Source of the DNA: Camelus ferus | Taxonomy: Eukaryota | Length of the DNA stretch: 64,000 nucleotides | Direction: 5' to 3' | NCBI RefSeq assembly: GCF_009834535.1 | Contig: NC_045696.1 | Coordinates: 11,844,001 to 11,908,000 of the forward strand | Shown here: positions 49,060 through 61,949 of the stretch, in pieces | Layout of the letters: each line of letters begins with the position of its first letter | Position numbering within the stretch: the stretch's first letter is position 1 | The notes under the pieces: model-generated | The model's database searches: none | The model's input: only the letters and a program-made list of their open reading frames with translations | What the model was told of the DNA's origin: nothing | Position numbers and translations under genes: made by a program

Positions 49060-49340
49060 ACTATTATTTTTGAGTACTTACTATGTCTGGTTAATGATGT
49101 TGGAGTAACTCCTTAACATCATTGCTTTGTTAACTCTTCAGGACAGTCTGAATGGGAGGATGCTTTTAGCACATTTGCTATTGTAGATGGGGAAACTGAG
49201 GCTGGGAGAGGTCCAGTGCCTTGGTCACTGGGATTTTTAGGAGTGGAAGTCAGGGGACTCAGCTGAGTAGAGCTCTGGACTCTCTGACTCAAGAACTCAG
49301 ACCCAGAATTTGGGTATCTGCCAGCCTGTCTGGTAGAGGT
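49060..49340 (-). mobile_element. MIR SINE
   Basis: 'ttttgagtacttactatgtc...gtagatggggaaactgaggct'. Confidence 0.65.
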
Positions 49341-49688
49341 TGTCCATGCCTTCTGAGAGCTGCCACGGTTCTGAATGTGGAATCCTGAGCGATTCCACAG
49401 AGAAGCCTGTATCCTGAGTTCAGAAGTGGACTTGAGAATGAATGTTTGCAAACAGCTCGTTCTTTCTTCCTCCTTTTCCAATTATTTTCCAATGAAGTTA
49501 AGAAAAATTCTTCCCTCTTTCTCTACTTTCTCCATTTTTTCTGCCTTTTTTTTGATCATTTTCTCTCCCTATCCACCTTGCTTTTCTTTCTTACTATTAT
49601 CCTGTTTAGGATCCAAAATGGCCTGAATATTTGTAGTTCATAAGGTTCAAGGTAGTATTGGTATCTTTAGTTTTTACATGAAATTCTT

Positions 49689-49884
49689 TTTTTAAAAATG
49701 TATTTCTATTGAAGTACAGTCAGTTTACAATGTTGTGTCAATTTCTGGTATACAGCACAATACTTCGGTCACATAGGAACATACATACATTCGTTCTCAT
49801 ATTCTTCACCATGGGTTACTACAAAATACTGCAAGATATTGAATATGGTTCCCTGTGCTATATAGTATAAATTTGTTGTTTATC

Positions 49885-49931
<47 letters not shown>

Positions 49932-50016
49932 TTAGTATCTGCAAATCTCAAACTCCCAGTTTATCCTTTCCCACCTCCTTCTCCCCCTGGTAACTGTAAG
50001 TTTATTTTCTATGTCC
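49689..50016 (-). mobile_element. Young L1 3' end with perfect 15-bp TSD and internal (TA)n
   Basis: ttacatgaaattctt at 49674-49688 and 50017-50031; shares the diagnostic 'cacataggaacatacat' with the 39.9 kb copy. Confidence 0.92.
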
Positions 50017-51749
50017 TTACATGAAATTCTTAATAATTAAACAAGACCACCAGTCTTCCAAGAATGTCTCCAGCCACCCTGTTTTCTTCTGGTTCAATCT
50101 ACTTTCTATTTAAGTACCATCTTTTATGCTGAATAAATGGCTTTCTTTCGAACTTTATTGTTTTGCTTTAATTTTACTGCAAAAATTGCAACTTTTCTGT
50201 TTTTGGCATTTGTTCATGTTGAAGATGTGCAGCAAACATCAGTTTGCAACATCAGTGCAACATCAGTTACATTTTGGATTGAAAGGGCCTTGTGGGCTGG
50301 CTGAGCGTGGCCGGGCTGCTGCCACGGGGCCTGTTACTGTAACGTGAGACCTTCCTTGGCTCATTTCCTGATTGTGGTGAACGAATATCTCCCGTTGGTA
50401 TGCTGGGGATGCTCTATATTTCTCTTCTATTTCCTTTGCCTTCTCTGCATTTTCCTTATTATACTTCACCATTGCCTGGTCTGCACTCGGTGATACACAG
50501 AAACTTTTCCTTGATCACGCGGTCTTTGTCCACCATGAAAGCTAGTGTGTAAGTTTCCACTGGAGGCCCAGTGAGCTCGCTGGAAGTGAGCATTGGTGAG
50601 TCTTAGCACGGGACACGAGGAATTGCGCTTGGCTCCTCTGCCCTTGGAATGGGCGTCAGGGTCGTGAGGTGTGGTATAGCCAGAACTCACATACCAGTCT
50701 GCAGTGGATAACAGCACAAGAGGTTACTTATAATTTTCAGCTGCAGAAATTTTGGCTAAAGGCATAGTTAGTTTAGACAACATCCCCTGCCCCCAAACCA
50801 CCCTCTCCAAAACCCAAACCAAAAAATGCAACTAACAAAACCCCAGTCTTTCCTTCATTTCTCTTTTCTCTGACTGCAGTCATTTCTCTGTGTCAGGTAG
50901 GGCTAACTAATAAAGTCAGTGATATATTCCAACTCGGGAAGGAATGGATGGTCATCTTAAATTAAGTCCTGGATTTTACAAGGATTTGGGATAGCCTAGG
51001 TCTCCTGTGACGAGAACATGCTTTGGATGTTGCCAGGAGTTTGAGTTCCTGAGATCTTTGCCGGGTAGGCTGCGGTGGGGCAGCGTTTGTGACAATAGCC
51101 AGAATTCCATGCAGTTGCTAAAGGTCTGAGTCTCTTTTGATTGAAATTATGGACAATTTCCAGAATGGCAAAGGGAAGCTTAACATCTCCTTGATCTTCC
51201 ACATTATGTTCCACAACATTTGCATCTTAAATAAAGGAGTCTTTTGCAGTGAGCACTGCCTCTCCTTCAGCAAAACCAAAATGTAACATGAAAGAACTGT
51301 GGTTAAAGAACATTCTAGAAGACCCTTGTACTAACCAGAATGAGGCCTGTCATGGCATTACTGAATGTTAAAGCCGGCAGGAGCATAGTAATAAAATGAA
51401 TTCAAATCTTTCATGTTGCAGATTAAGAAATGGAAGACCTGGATTAAGGGTTTTGCTCAAAGTCAAGATTCACTCATCACCATAGACCGTTTCTCACATT
51501 GACCTGTGACATTTGGTGTTGCATTCCATATGCCAGGTGACGTTTCCCACAGAAACATTACCTACATAGAATTGTCTGTAGCAAAAGCAGTAGTTGTGTC
51601 TGCCTTCTCTCATTCTTGGAAAGGGTTGCTGATATATATATTTTTAATTGTTAAACAACATTTAATTGAAGACTCCAGTTAATTTGGATATTAGATCATT
51701 ATTTGAGATCCTGCTAAACAGTCCAGCTTCTTTTTCCTCAAGCTGAAAA

Positions 51750-52720
51750 ATTTCACTTCAGTGCTTGTGGGGGATATAAATATGAAATTAATATTGTAGC
51801 AATTAGTCGTGTATTCTGAATTTTTTCCTTGTAAATTCCCAGAGCGTACGCGTGAAATTTCATTAGTCCAGATCCCTTATGCTTTCAAACCATCGTGGCG
51901 TTGTGGATATTTCTACCCCTCCTTTGAAATTTAATGCAACAAGGAATTTAGTAGAAATCTGCCTTTATTAATTTATTATTTGTAAGTCAGGAAGCTGTAA
52001 ATTCCTCAGTTGCTGTTTTCCTGAGCTGATACAGGCTGACTCAGCGCCACACTTTTCAGTGACAGGAAAGCCGGTGCAAATTCTAAACGGTAGTGCCTCG
52101 ACTTCAAAGAGCATATTCAAGTTGTTTGATAACTGCTGTTGTAATTTCCCTGGGGTAGCTTATCATTAATACTGTCCTTATAAATACAGGTCCCACTGCT
52201 GGGCGCTAAAGATGTTAGAATTGATTTTCATGAAGTTTTTCACTTAGTGAAATCTCATCAATCTCTCTCCTCCCGGCTGCTTTAATTTGAGACCGAGGAG
52301 GGTCTAGGCATGAACAGTTTACAGACTGTGGCTTTTACCTTTTGGGAGGCTACACTGCATGAAGTCCTGTTCTTATGAAATATGTTCTAAATGACATGCA
52401 TGGCAACCAGGTCCGTCTGATGTTTTATATTACATAACAGGTCAGATTTATGTTGCCTGTCGTGAATTCCAGATCCCAATTTTTAGGGATTTGCAAGAGG
52501 GGTAGGCATACTGTTGGCCTATTGGAGAATGAAGACTTGGAAAGCCATAATAATTCAAAGGTCGTAAAAACCACGGCTGTAAAATATGATTCTTTTTGTC
52601 CCTAATCGGCATATCAGAAATGACACTTCAAAAGCTGAAAGAGATTCATGACTCGGACCATAGGCATCTCAGATCTGGGGATTTTATTCCAACGGTGATG
52701 GAGGGGAAATGAGATTATTT
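51750..52720. promoter_or_regulatory. Candidate intronic enhancer
   Basis: Repeat-free AT-rich block with retained CpGs, GCTGACTCAGC (52035-52045) and GTCGTAAAA (52561-52569). Confidence 0.4.
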
Positions 52721-53524
52721 TATAAGACGGAATTTAAACTGGTCAAACAGGGCTTGATGGTCAACTAGGGCTTCAACACCAGATTTGCAAGGCGAGACAA
52801 GAGGGGCTAGAAGCAGGAGAGTGCGCTGGGGGAATGTTAACACTTAACTCTGCATGATTATTTTCTTAAAACCATTTTCCAAATAATCTGGCCCTTTATT
52901 AACGGATTAATAGACTCTGCCCAATTCTGAAAAGTGTTTTGAGCCATGGGAACATCTTTGTATCTCAAAGGTAATTGTCTTGTGGGAAACTTGCCCTCCC
53001 CTGCTCCCCATAGTTTTGTAATGTCTGAGGAGCTGGCCCTGATATGTCTGCTCATTTTCTTGCATGTTACTAACTAGAGGGTCTAATGATTTCTAATGAC
53101 TGCAAGCCATTGGGGGATCTGACAGGCCTGGCCATGTCCCACATTGGGCTTTTGGTAACCCATTCCTTCCCGTCCTGCCTTTCTTTGTCTTTCAGAGCTA
53201 GAGCTGTGAAATGAAAGGTAAGCGCTCACTTTTTCTATTTTTTTAGGCAGGGATGCTTTCTGCCTAGATTGCTCCAAGGTTGTTAAAAGTTACTTTTAAT
53301 CCTGGATAACATGTATGTATAGAGATATATTTGAATTTGGTATTTAATTATTGGCTTATTGAAACACTGGTAAAAAAAAACCTGACCGATCTCTGGGGAC
53401 TTCTAGTCCTGGCTGTTTTCAGTATTTGCCTGGATGGCCTGGCATAGGGTGCCTCTCCTCTGGCCTGTTTTCCTGCATAACTCTTAATGAGGTTGTTACA
53501 GTGCAGAACTCCGGGGCCCTACCT

Positions 53525-53807
53525 TGACAAAGTCTCTCTCCTTGACCAAACTTTAGTCAAGCTCCTCTGAGCCCTGTTTTCAACTAGGCCTTAATCTTGG
53601 CCTTGTTGGTTCTCCTTTTGGCCCGCCCAACCCAGTCTTAGCAAAGAATCCTGCTACAGTATTTCCCATCCTTGATATCTGATCACTCTTGATATCTGGT
53701 CAGGTTCCTTATCCTCTACCTTTGATGTCTATATCCTGGGCCTGTCTTTAGCAAGAATCCTATTAGGCAAGTTTAGCAAGAATCCCCCTACTCTGATCGA
53801 TCGATCG

Positions 53808-53845
<38 letters not shown>

Positions 53846-54058
53846 GAATTTTAACCCCCCTACTCTTGACGTTTTCCCTTAGTAATTTTATATCCACTGT
53901 GACCCCCTCACCCTGCTCCTTGGCTGTACATCCCCACTTGTCGTTGTACTCAGAGTTGAGCTTAATCTCTGTCCTCTATTACAATACCCTTATTACAATA
54001 GTCTTGAGTAAAGTCTTCCTTACTGCTGTAACAAGTGTCAGAATAACTTTCTTTAACA
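53525..54058 (+). mobile_element. ERV1 solo LTR (MER31-like)
   Basis: TG...CA termini: tgacaaagtctctctccttgaccaaactttagtca...gaataactttctttaaca. Confidence 0.85.
53795..53845. repeat. (GATC)4(TATC)n microsatellite
   Basis: gatcgatcgatcgatctatctatc..., inside the LTR. Confidence 0.95.
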
Positions 54059-56113
54059 AGACTCTAGATTCTTACTTGTTAATGTCTGAGTTGGGACTCT
54101 GTGCATTAGCTTGGACCCAGTCTCCTTCCATACTGTGGCTCTGCCATCTGTAACATGTGCCTTCCACGGTCACCATCAAGTCAAGTCATGGAAAAGGAAA
54201 GAGTCTGAAGGCTTGTATGAAGGAGGGCACGTCTCTTCCTCTCATATTCCATTGGCTAGAATCAAGTCACATGGTCACATTTCTCTTCAAAGGAGCCTGG
54301 GAAATATAGGCCAGAGGAAAAGGGTTGGTTTTCAATAAATTGAAATAAATTGAAAACCAACCCATGAACCTGCATTTTAAACAGATATCACATGTCATTC
54401 TGATGTAGGGAGATACTTGGATCACACTTTGAGAAGTGCTGTACATAATTATTGCCAAGTGTTTTCCACTCCCTATGTTCCATGCTTCTGTGGTGCTGGG
54501 ACTTTTTACATGGGAAAAAATGCAAGCAGGTCCTTCCAAAGTAAAAATGGAAGCTGAACAAACAAAATCATACTAGATTTTTCTGTCCATATTCTAGGTT
54601 TGGAATTGCATGTTGACTTGTTCGGATCAGCTGATTAAAAGGTCAGTGTTACCATCTCTCCTTCCCATTGCCCATAGTCATCTTGCTGCAGCTCTTCTGC
54701 TTTGGGAACACATCAGGATATTACTTACGGTGGTGCCTCATTACCTAATGAGGTGCTGGGTACCAGAGTGAAGAGCACAGGAAATAGGCTTATTTCCCTT
54801 AGCAACCAACTATAGTGGATGGTTTGCATCTTTTATTTGTCTCTGTAAACTCACTGAAGACATGAGGATTTTCCTGATCTCTTCTGCTTAGAATCACTGA
54901 TCTGGGACCATGAAACCTCTGATCGTATCTGACTTGGTCATTTATGTTGTGATCTTTAAAAAGACCAACGATTTTGGTTTATTTTGTGTCAGGAGTGTTG
55001 CTAAAAGCAGACATGTGGCTGGGGAAGGACAGCGTAGTGGTCAGTTTTCCTGAACTCCATCAAGTTAGTGGAGTAAGAAGAAATATGTGGATCTGTGATC
55101 TGCATGAGATACGGTTTGAGCAAATTGCAGTTGTAAGGCGAAACTGGATTGTGAATACAGAAGCTCTGAATGAGACTTTTTTGGGTTTCCAGTTTCTGAA
55201 AACCATCAGTTGCTAAGCTACTGGCAGATGTGACAGAGGCTAGTGGCTACTTTTCTAGAATGAGTGAGTATAGTACTGATGCCTGAATAATATTAACTAA
55301 AGTAGGATACTTACTGTATGAGGCCTTTGTTATTAGCTTGTTTCCTCATCCTGACCACAGAAGGTTTTCTCACCAGATGAAGGAAACTGAGGCTGAGGCC
55401 CCCAGAGGTTTGGTGATCGTGTGAGGTTAGATTGTGGGTCATCAAGACCTTATTGATAATCAGAAGCATAAGTAACCCATGGCTTTGTTCCTTCTCAGTC
55501 TGGTTTGTTTTACATTAACCATCATATTCTCGGACAACCAGTGGTTTTTGGAGAGCGCCGTCTCTTTCTTTTTACATATAGATTACATGGTATAGAAGAC
55601 AGTGGTTCCATTTCCTTTCATGAAAATTATGGTTTCTGGGTTAGTATTCAATACTGCCAGCTTTTGGAGGCTGTGGGTAAAGTCAGCTCTATTTTTTACC
55701 AGCCTTTGATGGTGTACAGCATGCTCAGATACTATAGGAAGCTTATAAATATTAATGACTGGCCAACTATATGTTCTTTCAGGGGTCATTTTATAGAATG
55801 TTACCAGTCAGATGCACTTGAAAGCCAAGAATGCTTTTAAGGTTTCTGTTGTTCTTATGGAGTCAAGGGAAGATGGCATTGCAGCCAAGTCCAGTTTTAA
55901 GGGTTGTGCTGACCCCTTCTTGTCCAGCGGCTTCTGATGGGTTAGTGGAGATGGCAAACTACCCTTTCCTAATCCACAGCAGACATCACTAACCATCTAC
56001 AGGTGAACACTACCAGCTGATCACAGTTAGCATGTTAGCTGTAACTCAGTTCTCAACCCCGCTTGACAGTTTACCTGCCTTTATTATCAAATAACTAAAT
56101 GATTAATTTAGAT

Positions 56114-56326
56114 CAGTAGTTCTCAACTGGGGATAAAGTTGCCCTCCAGGAGACATCTGGCAACAACTGGGGTTATTCTTGGTTGTCACAGCTACAGGGG
56201 TTGCTACCAGCATCCAGTGAGTAGGGGCAAGGGATGCTGCTAAACATCCCAGCAGTGCACTGAACCCCTCATGACAGAGAAGTAGCTAGCTTCAAGTGCC
56301 AACAGTGCCAGGGTGACAAAGCCCTG
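56114..56326 (+). mobile_element. MER20, near full length
   Basis: cagtagttctcaactgggg...agggatgctgctaaacatcc...aaagccctg. Confidence 0.85.
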
Positions 56327-57458
56327 AGTTGACTTTCAGAGGGCTTCTGAATGGCTAATCAGGAGTAAGGAGTTGGATACAGAAGAGGGCTTGGGAGAGA
56401 GACCAGGATGTCTGGAAGAAAGGAGAGAAAGCATTTATAGCTCCATGCATAAGCTGAAGGTAGGTCTGTGCACAGATCTGTTCATTCCTGCAGTGCCCTG
56501 TTTGAGAAACACAACTTAGAGTGTCAACTCATGTATGCGTCGTTTGGTAACATGGTCATTTCTTGGACCCTTTGGTTGTCTGGTGTTAAAGGAGTTAGTA
56601 AAGGGTAGCTGGTGAGGGAAACTGATCGACTCATAAGCACCTGCGTATTCACTTTCAAAAGGCTGATCATTTATTAACAAAGCAGCCTGAGATCTGGACA
56701 ATCCACATAAGGTCCATTCCAAGCTATTGGAAGCAATCTAACTGTCCCCAAACCAAGAAATGGTTACATGATGGCATATCCATATAACGTAATTTGAATA
56801 TTTAAAAAATGACATGGGAACATTTTTAGGACACATTGCATCAAATATGTTAGATAAATAACTGTATATATAATATGATCTTGTCTGTTCACTAAAACTG
56901 GACTAGCAGGCTTACAGTTTCAACAGTGAAGGAATGTTTTCTCTATACTTTGATATGTTTTCCAGATTTTCTTTAAAGAAGACAGGTTGCTGTTGAGGTG
57001 AGAAAAAAGTAAATATTTTAGAGATAGCTACAAGTGATGATGTCTCTGTGTTTAAAAGAAATGCATTTATCTTTTGGGACAAGAGTCATTTATCACGTGG
57101 CGGCTATCTGCCAGAGACAGTGCTGGATACATCACAGGCTGATAAATGAATGGATACAGCCCACTAGGGGAGTAGGGGCTGAGGTAGGGATAGGAATCAA
57201 GTTATGTGGGACGACAGAGGGCAGAGTAGGCAAGTTTCTTTATGGATATGAAGGAAGGCTTCACTGGAGGTGGCATGTGAGAAGGATCTTGACGGCAGGG
57301 TAGGAGTTTATGAGCCAAAGGTGGGCTGAGAAACAACAGGCCAGTTTTAAAATTGCTTCCTGAAAGGTGAATGGGAGTTGTTGGTCAGTTCTGTCCTGTA
57401 ATCTGTAAATTGTGATGTGAATGAAAGTTATTATTATGCTTTGTAATAACATCATTAT

Positions 57459-57744
57459 ACATAGAAAATAAATTCTGGGTACCAAGGGGGAACAGGGTGA
57501 TGGTGGAGGGAGAGATAGATTAGGAGTTTGGGATTAATAGATACAATTACTATACATAAAATAGATACACAACAAAGACCTACTATATAGCACAGGAAAC
57601 TATTTAGTTTCTTGTAATGAGCTGTAATGGAAAAGAATCTGAAAAAGATATGTATGTATATGTATCACTGAATTGCTTTGCTATACACCTGAAATTAATG
57701 TTGTAAGTTGACTACACTTCAATAAAAAGTAAGAATTAAAAAAA
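57459..57744 (+). mobile_element. L1 3' end with TSD
   Basis: aaagt(t/c)attat(t/a)atgct at 57424-57440 and 57745-57761. Confidence 0.85.
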
Positions 57745-58839
57745 AAAGTCATTATAATGCTACAGGTAGCAGAAATGTGTGACTCAGGGCTTTTTTTTTT
57801 TCCCTTCCTACTGGTCCTTTTTATATGTTAGTCAGATCGATCATTTTCCATAAATTAATTACAATTTTGTTTGTATTACTTGGAAAGGCATTTTGTGGCT
57901 TAGAGGCACATATCTTCAGAGTAACTTTATATTCCTAGGTCCATAAAACAAGCCTTTTCAAACCTTGTTGTGTTACCGTGTTGCTTTAAACTCTAGGACT
58001 AAGAGCCTTTCAAAGGCTAACTTGAATGAAGTTGGGTATTGGTTTTAGACATTAAGACTGTTTGAAGTCTGAAATTGCTGCTGTGGAACATAGATTCCAT
58101 TGTTCCTCTAAAAATAGCTTCAGTACAGGTAGTGGGGCCCAAAAGTTCTTGGTGTGAACCTTGGGGCTCGCTCTCAGTGAGGAAGTGAAGAGTTCATCTG
58201 CTCAGTCCCAAAGATCGTCTTACTGGTCTGTTTAGGTTGATCCAAACGTGAATAGATTATGAATTTAGAAAAAGAGGTAGATACATGCTGCCTGAGATTT
58301 TAACCATATATGTTATTCATTCCCCAACTGATGAATTAATGAATTTAGTAGTTGTTCATCTCATGCCTACTGTGTGCCCGACAAACTCTACTCCCCAGAA
58401 GAACTCAGACATTCTGAGAGGTCAAGCTGTTAACACAGATGCCTCAACAGCCCTGGCACCAGTGCTCTTGGCTTCATTCTGGAGAGTCGCTGCGGATCTG
58501 AAACAAGCCTACCCTGCCGTCTCCCCCGGATGCTGTGGAGTTTGGGAATCGGAAGAATGGAGACACTGTAACCACGATGGAAGTACATCATCTGAGGGCT
58601 GATGTTAGGGGTGGTAACCACCTGTTAGGAAGAGAGGAAATCCAAAGTCATTATAAGCACACGCCTGAATTGAAAGACTTTAGCAGTGTTGAGAAGAAAT
58701 CTTTCCAGCTCCCAACTGTGGTCTTCACAGTATTAGAGCATAACAGAAAAACAGGTCACCATTTGTCATCAGGAAATGAATGGTTCTGCATTCAGTGAAT
58801 TCTTTGCCATGTTCGTTTCAAATGGCAGGGCAGCATGTA

Positions 58840-59082
58840 ATCTGTTTCAGCTCCCCTCCTCCTCCCTGGGAGACCTCAGGGCTCCTTTTGGGTTCCCTCT
58901 GCTGGCCATCGTAGGGCTCACCTCCTTTGTATCCAGTCTGTTAGAGGTCACTGTCCTGTGTTTCTGCTGTTCAGTGTCTGAGAACCATTGTTTCGTGTAT
59001 TTTGTCCGTTTCTAAAAATTGTTTCAGTTGGGTGTATAAATCTGGCTCCTGTTACTTCATCTTGGCTGGATATCGAAGTTCC
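58840..59082 (-). mobile_element. Ancient L1 5' end fragment (L1ME-like)
   Basis: 'cgtagggctcacctcctttg...tgtctgagaaccattgtttcgtgtattttgtcc...cctgttacttcatcttggctgga'. Confidence 0.6.
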
Positions 59083-60548
59083 GCAATATATTTAACAGTG
59101 TGTTACGTTCCCTTTCAAAACAGACTTTAAGAAATTAAAAAAAAATTTGAACCTTCAGAAATATTAAGCTTCAGTTACACAGTAAATTCACGTGAAATAC
59201 CGTGTTACCTGACAGTCTTTTTGATAATTGTTTCTGTGTATGAGCTTGGAGTTATGATAGATCAGCATATAAGTCAATTATCACCTTCATCTCAAAGCAT
59301 AATTAAAACCTCTCTTCTCAGCCATCAGGAGATTGATCCCATTTTTCAAATTTGCTGCCTCTTCTTCATATGTTTAAAGAAATTGTTCTTAAAGAAAGGC
59401 TTGCGTTTCCCAGGTTTGGTGGGTATTGCCGCCACCTTGGACTAAAAGTGTGGATTGTACAACATAATTGCAGTTGAAACAGATACTGAAGTACTTGATC
59501 TGTTTGCAGAGGTTGTATTCACAAATGACATAACCGATGTGTGTGTTTTCTTTCTCTTTCTACCCGGTTTGCCCAGTCTAATCACCGGAATGCTGTTAAT
59601 TTGGGATTAAAGTGCATTTTGGAAGATTGTGGCTTTTGAAGAGCACGGTGGTAAACTGAACTCTTCTGCAAAGCCCCTCGTGGTACCAGTAGCTATAAAT
59701 GGCACCGTTCATCCCGGTGAAGTCTTTCGTACCTTTTAAAGGTCAGGATCAAATCTCCGAACCCTTGCCTGACTCCCTTGCTCTGAAGAGGTCTGGCTTC
59801 CAATTTCGCTGGTTCTTATTGCTTCAATTACTTATTTACCTGCCTGAAGTCGTTTTTGAAATGAGGTGAGAGAGAGAATGGAAGGAGAACATAGAAGGCC
59901 TTTACTTCACTGTTGGATCGAGATGCCCACATGAATTTTGGTTTGTTTCATGTTTCCTTTGCGGGTTCACCTGGCATTTCTCTGAGTATCAGTAAAACAG
60001 AGCACGTCTCCCCCAGCGCCTCCTTATCGTCCATTCTGCCACCAGTGTCCCTTCCCAGCATGTTGGGCTGATCACTGTTGCTCCCTTTTGACTGGAGTTA
60101 CTGCCTGCGCATTACAGACCAATCTCGGTGATGTGGTGTTCAAGGCCCCGAATTCTCTCCCACTTCTGTCTCCATCCCACGGGCGTTATGTTTGGCAGTT
60201 AGGGCCCTTGCCTTTGCTGGGACATGCTGTGTGTTGTAACACCACCGTGTATTTGCCTCCGTTGTTTCCCTGGAGGATCCTCCTCCCAGTCCCCGCCCCT
60301 CCCAGAACGTGCATGTTGGGACATCTTCCCAGTCTGCTTCTTCTCTGATCTGAATTCCTCTAACTCTCTCACAACCTGGCTTGAGGCTGTGTCTGGGAAG
60401 GTGACGGTCACTGTTACCAGGAAGGTCATGTCTAAACCTGAAGGTCAGATTCCCCGGGTCCTGCTCCTGGGTTTAGTACTGCCAGTCCTCCTTGTCATTG
60501 TGCAGGTGGGAGAGGAGGGGTGGCAGTAACCACGCTGAAGGGCAAAGT

Positions 60549-60694
60549 GGGGAGGGTACAGCTCAAGTGGTAGAGAGCATGCTTAGCATGCACGAGGCCC
60601 CAGGTTCAATCCCCAGTACCTCCTCTAAATGATAATAAACCTAATTACTCCCCCATTAAAACAAACAAACAAACCAACAAAACAAAACAAAACA
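60549..60694 (+). mobile_element. vic-1-like SINE with A/B boxes and A-rich tail
   Basis: GGGGAGGGTACAGCTCAAGTGGTAGAGAGCATGCTTAGCATGCACGAGGCCCCAGGTTCAATCCCCAGTACCTCC plus tail; ctgaagggca at 60535-60544 and 60698-60707. Confidence 0.92.
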
Positions 60695-61219
60695 GCCCTG
60701 AAGGGCATTTGGGAAAATAAAATGATGTAGGCTTTACCACTGAGAAGTTGGGAGCAAAAGAGCAGCCAAGTATTCTCTGTCCGTCTCCTCCTGTTTCTGG
60801 CTTTATTTCTTGTTGCCTGGAGCAACAGAGAAATGACAATGATTATGTAAAATGTGGAGAGCTTTTCACAAAGTGTGTGTGCGCGCGCGTGCTCGTGCGT
60901 GTGCGTGTGTGTGTGGCAGGGGATCTTGGATTTTTGACATTTTCACCCCATGTTTATGAAGGTTTCCAGATTTCACAGAGGTATAAACAAGAAAATAGTT
61001 GTCAGATTCCAGGTAACTCTGCACATCATGTTTCACTGCATTCTAGGGAGGTTAGCCACATGTGGGGGAAAGGACTTTCTTTATTTAAAAAGTAAAATAA
61101 ATAAAAATATATCTAAGCAATCCTGAACACCTGTTAAGTGCCAGGCACCGTTCTTGGGCCTTTGAGATGCAAGAATGAATAAAACATAGCTTGCACCCCC
61201 AAAGGTCTCCGTCCCAGCT

Positions 61220-61370
61220 CAGCCGTTCTCACACTGTTGTTCCCAGACCACCAACATCAACACCAGCTGGGAAACTGTTAGGATGCACATTCCTGGGTCC
61301 TATCCCAGACCTACTGAATTGGGCACTCTGAGGGTTGGGCCTACAATGTGAATTTTAACAAGCCCTCCAG
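61220..61370. mobile_element. MER5A-like hAT element inside an L2 fragment
   Basis: 'cagccgttctcacactg...cccagacctactgaatt...ttttaacaagccctccag'. Confidence 0.8.
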
Positions 61371-61949
61371 CGGGAGAGAGACTCTTTCAATACAGTCTGG
61401 TCGGAGCCACTGAACGCATGTTGAGTCTGTCGTGGGGAGGTGAGGTTGATGCCTTCGAAGAGTCAGGGAGGTCGTCAGATGAATGAAGTTCAAGTTAAGT
61501 CTTAATTGGTGAGTGGTTTTTCTTCAGGTGAATATGGACGAGAAGGAGAGCATTTTTAAGTCAAGAGAACCACGTGCAAAGTACAGAGCAATCAAAGGAC
61601 TTGGTCACCTCTGGGGGTCATGATCATTATTGTCATTACGTTGTGATTTTTACTATTATTCCTATCGCGGGGTCACAAGAGGAGCTAAGCTGGCAAGATC
61701 AATGGCCAGATCCTGCTGAGAAGTTTGGCTTTTCTCCTGGAAAAAAACTGAATGGTTTTTCAGCAGTGAAGTGAAATAATATTGAATTTGCAATTCTGTT
61801 GGATGTACACAAAAAAACAGAGGCTTTCTTAAATTAGCAAAAAGTCTTTGTGATGTATTGAAAACCTAAGCTGAGAGTGAAGGAGGAAAAATAAAGAATT
61901 CAGAGTTTAATTTTTACTATTTATAATAATTTTTAAAGAATTAAAACAA

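Noticed and set aside
50234..50267. Three copies of aacatcagt
   Set aside because: Short slippage repeat with no supporting context.
54736..54753. Short inverted repeat CCTCATTA-CC-TAATGAGG
   Set aside because: An 8-bp stem is too short for a miRNA precursor and is expected by chance.
60549..60625. tRNA-Ala(AGC) gene
   Set aside because: Has A/B boxes and TTAGCAT, but the acceptor and T stems are broken, it has a SINE tail and TSD, and four sibling copies lie in the window.
45818..60694. Inverted SINE pair as a dsRNA source
   Set aside because: The arms are only about 75-130 bp, diverged and about 15 kb apart.
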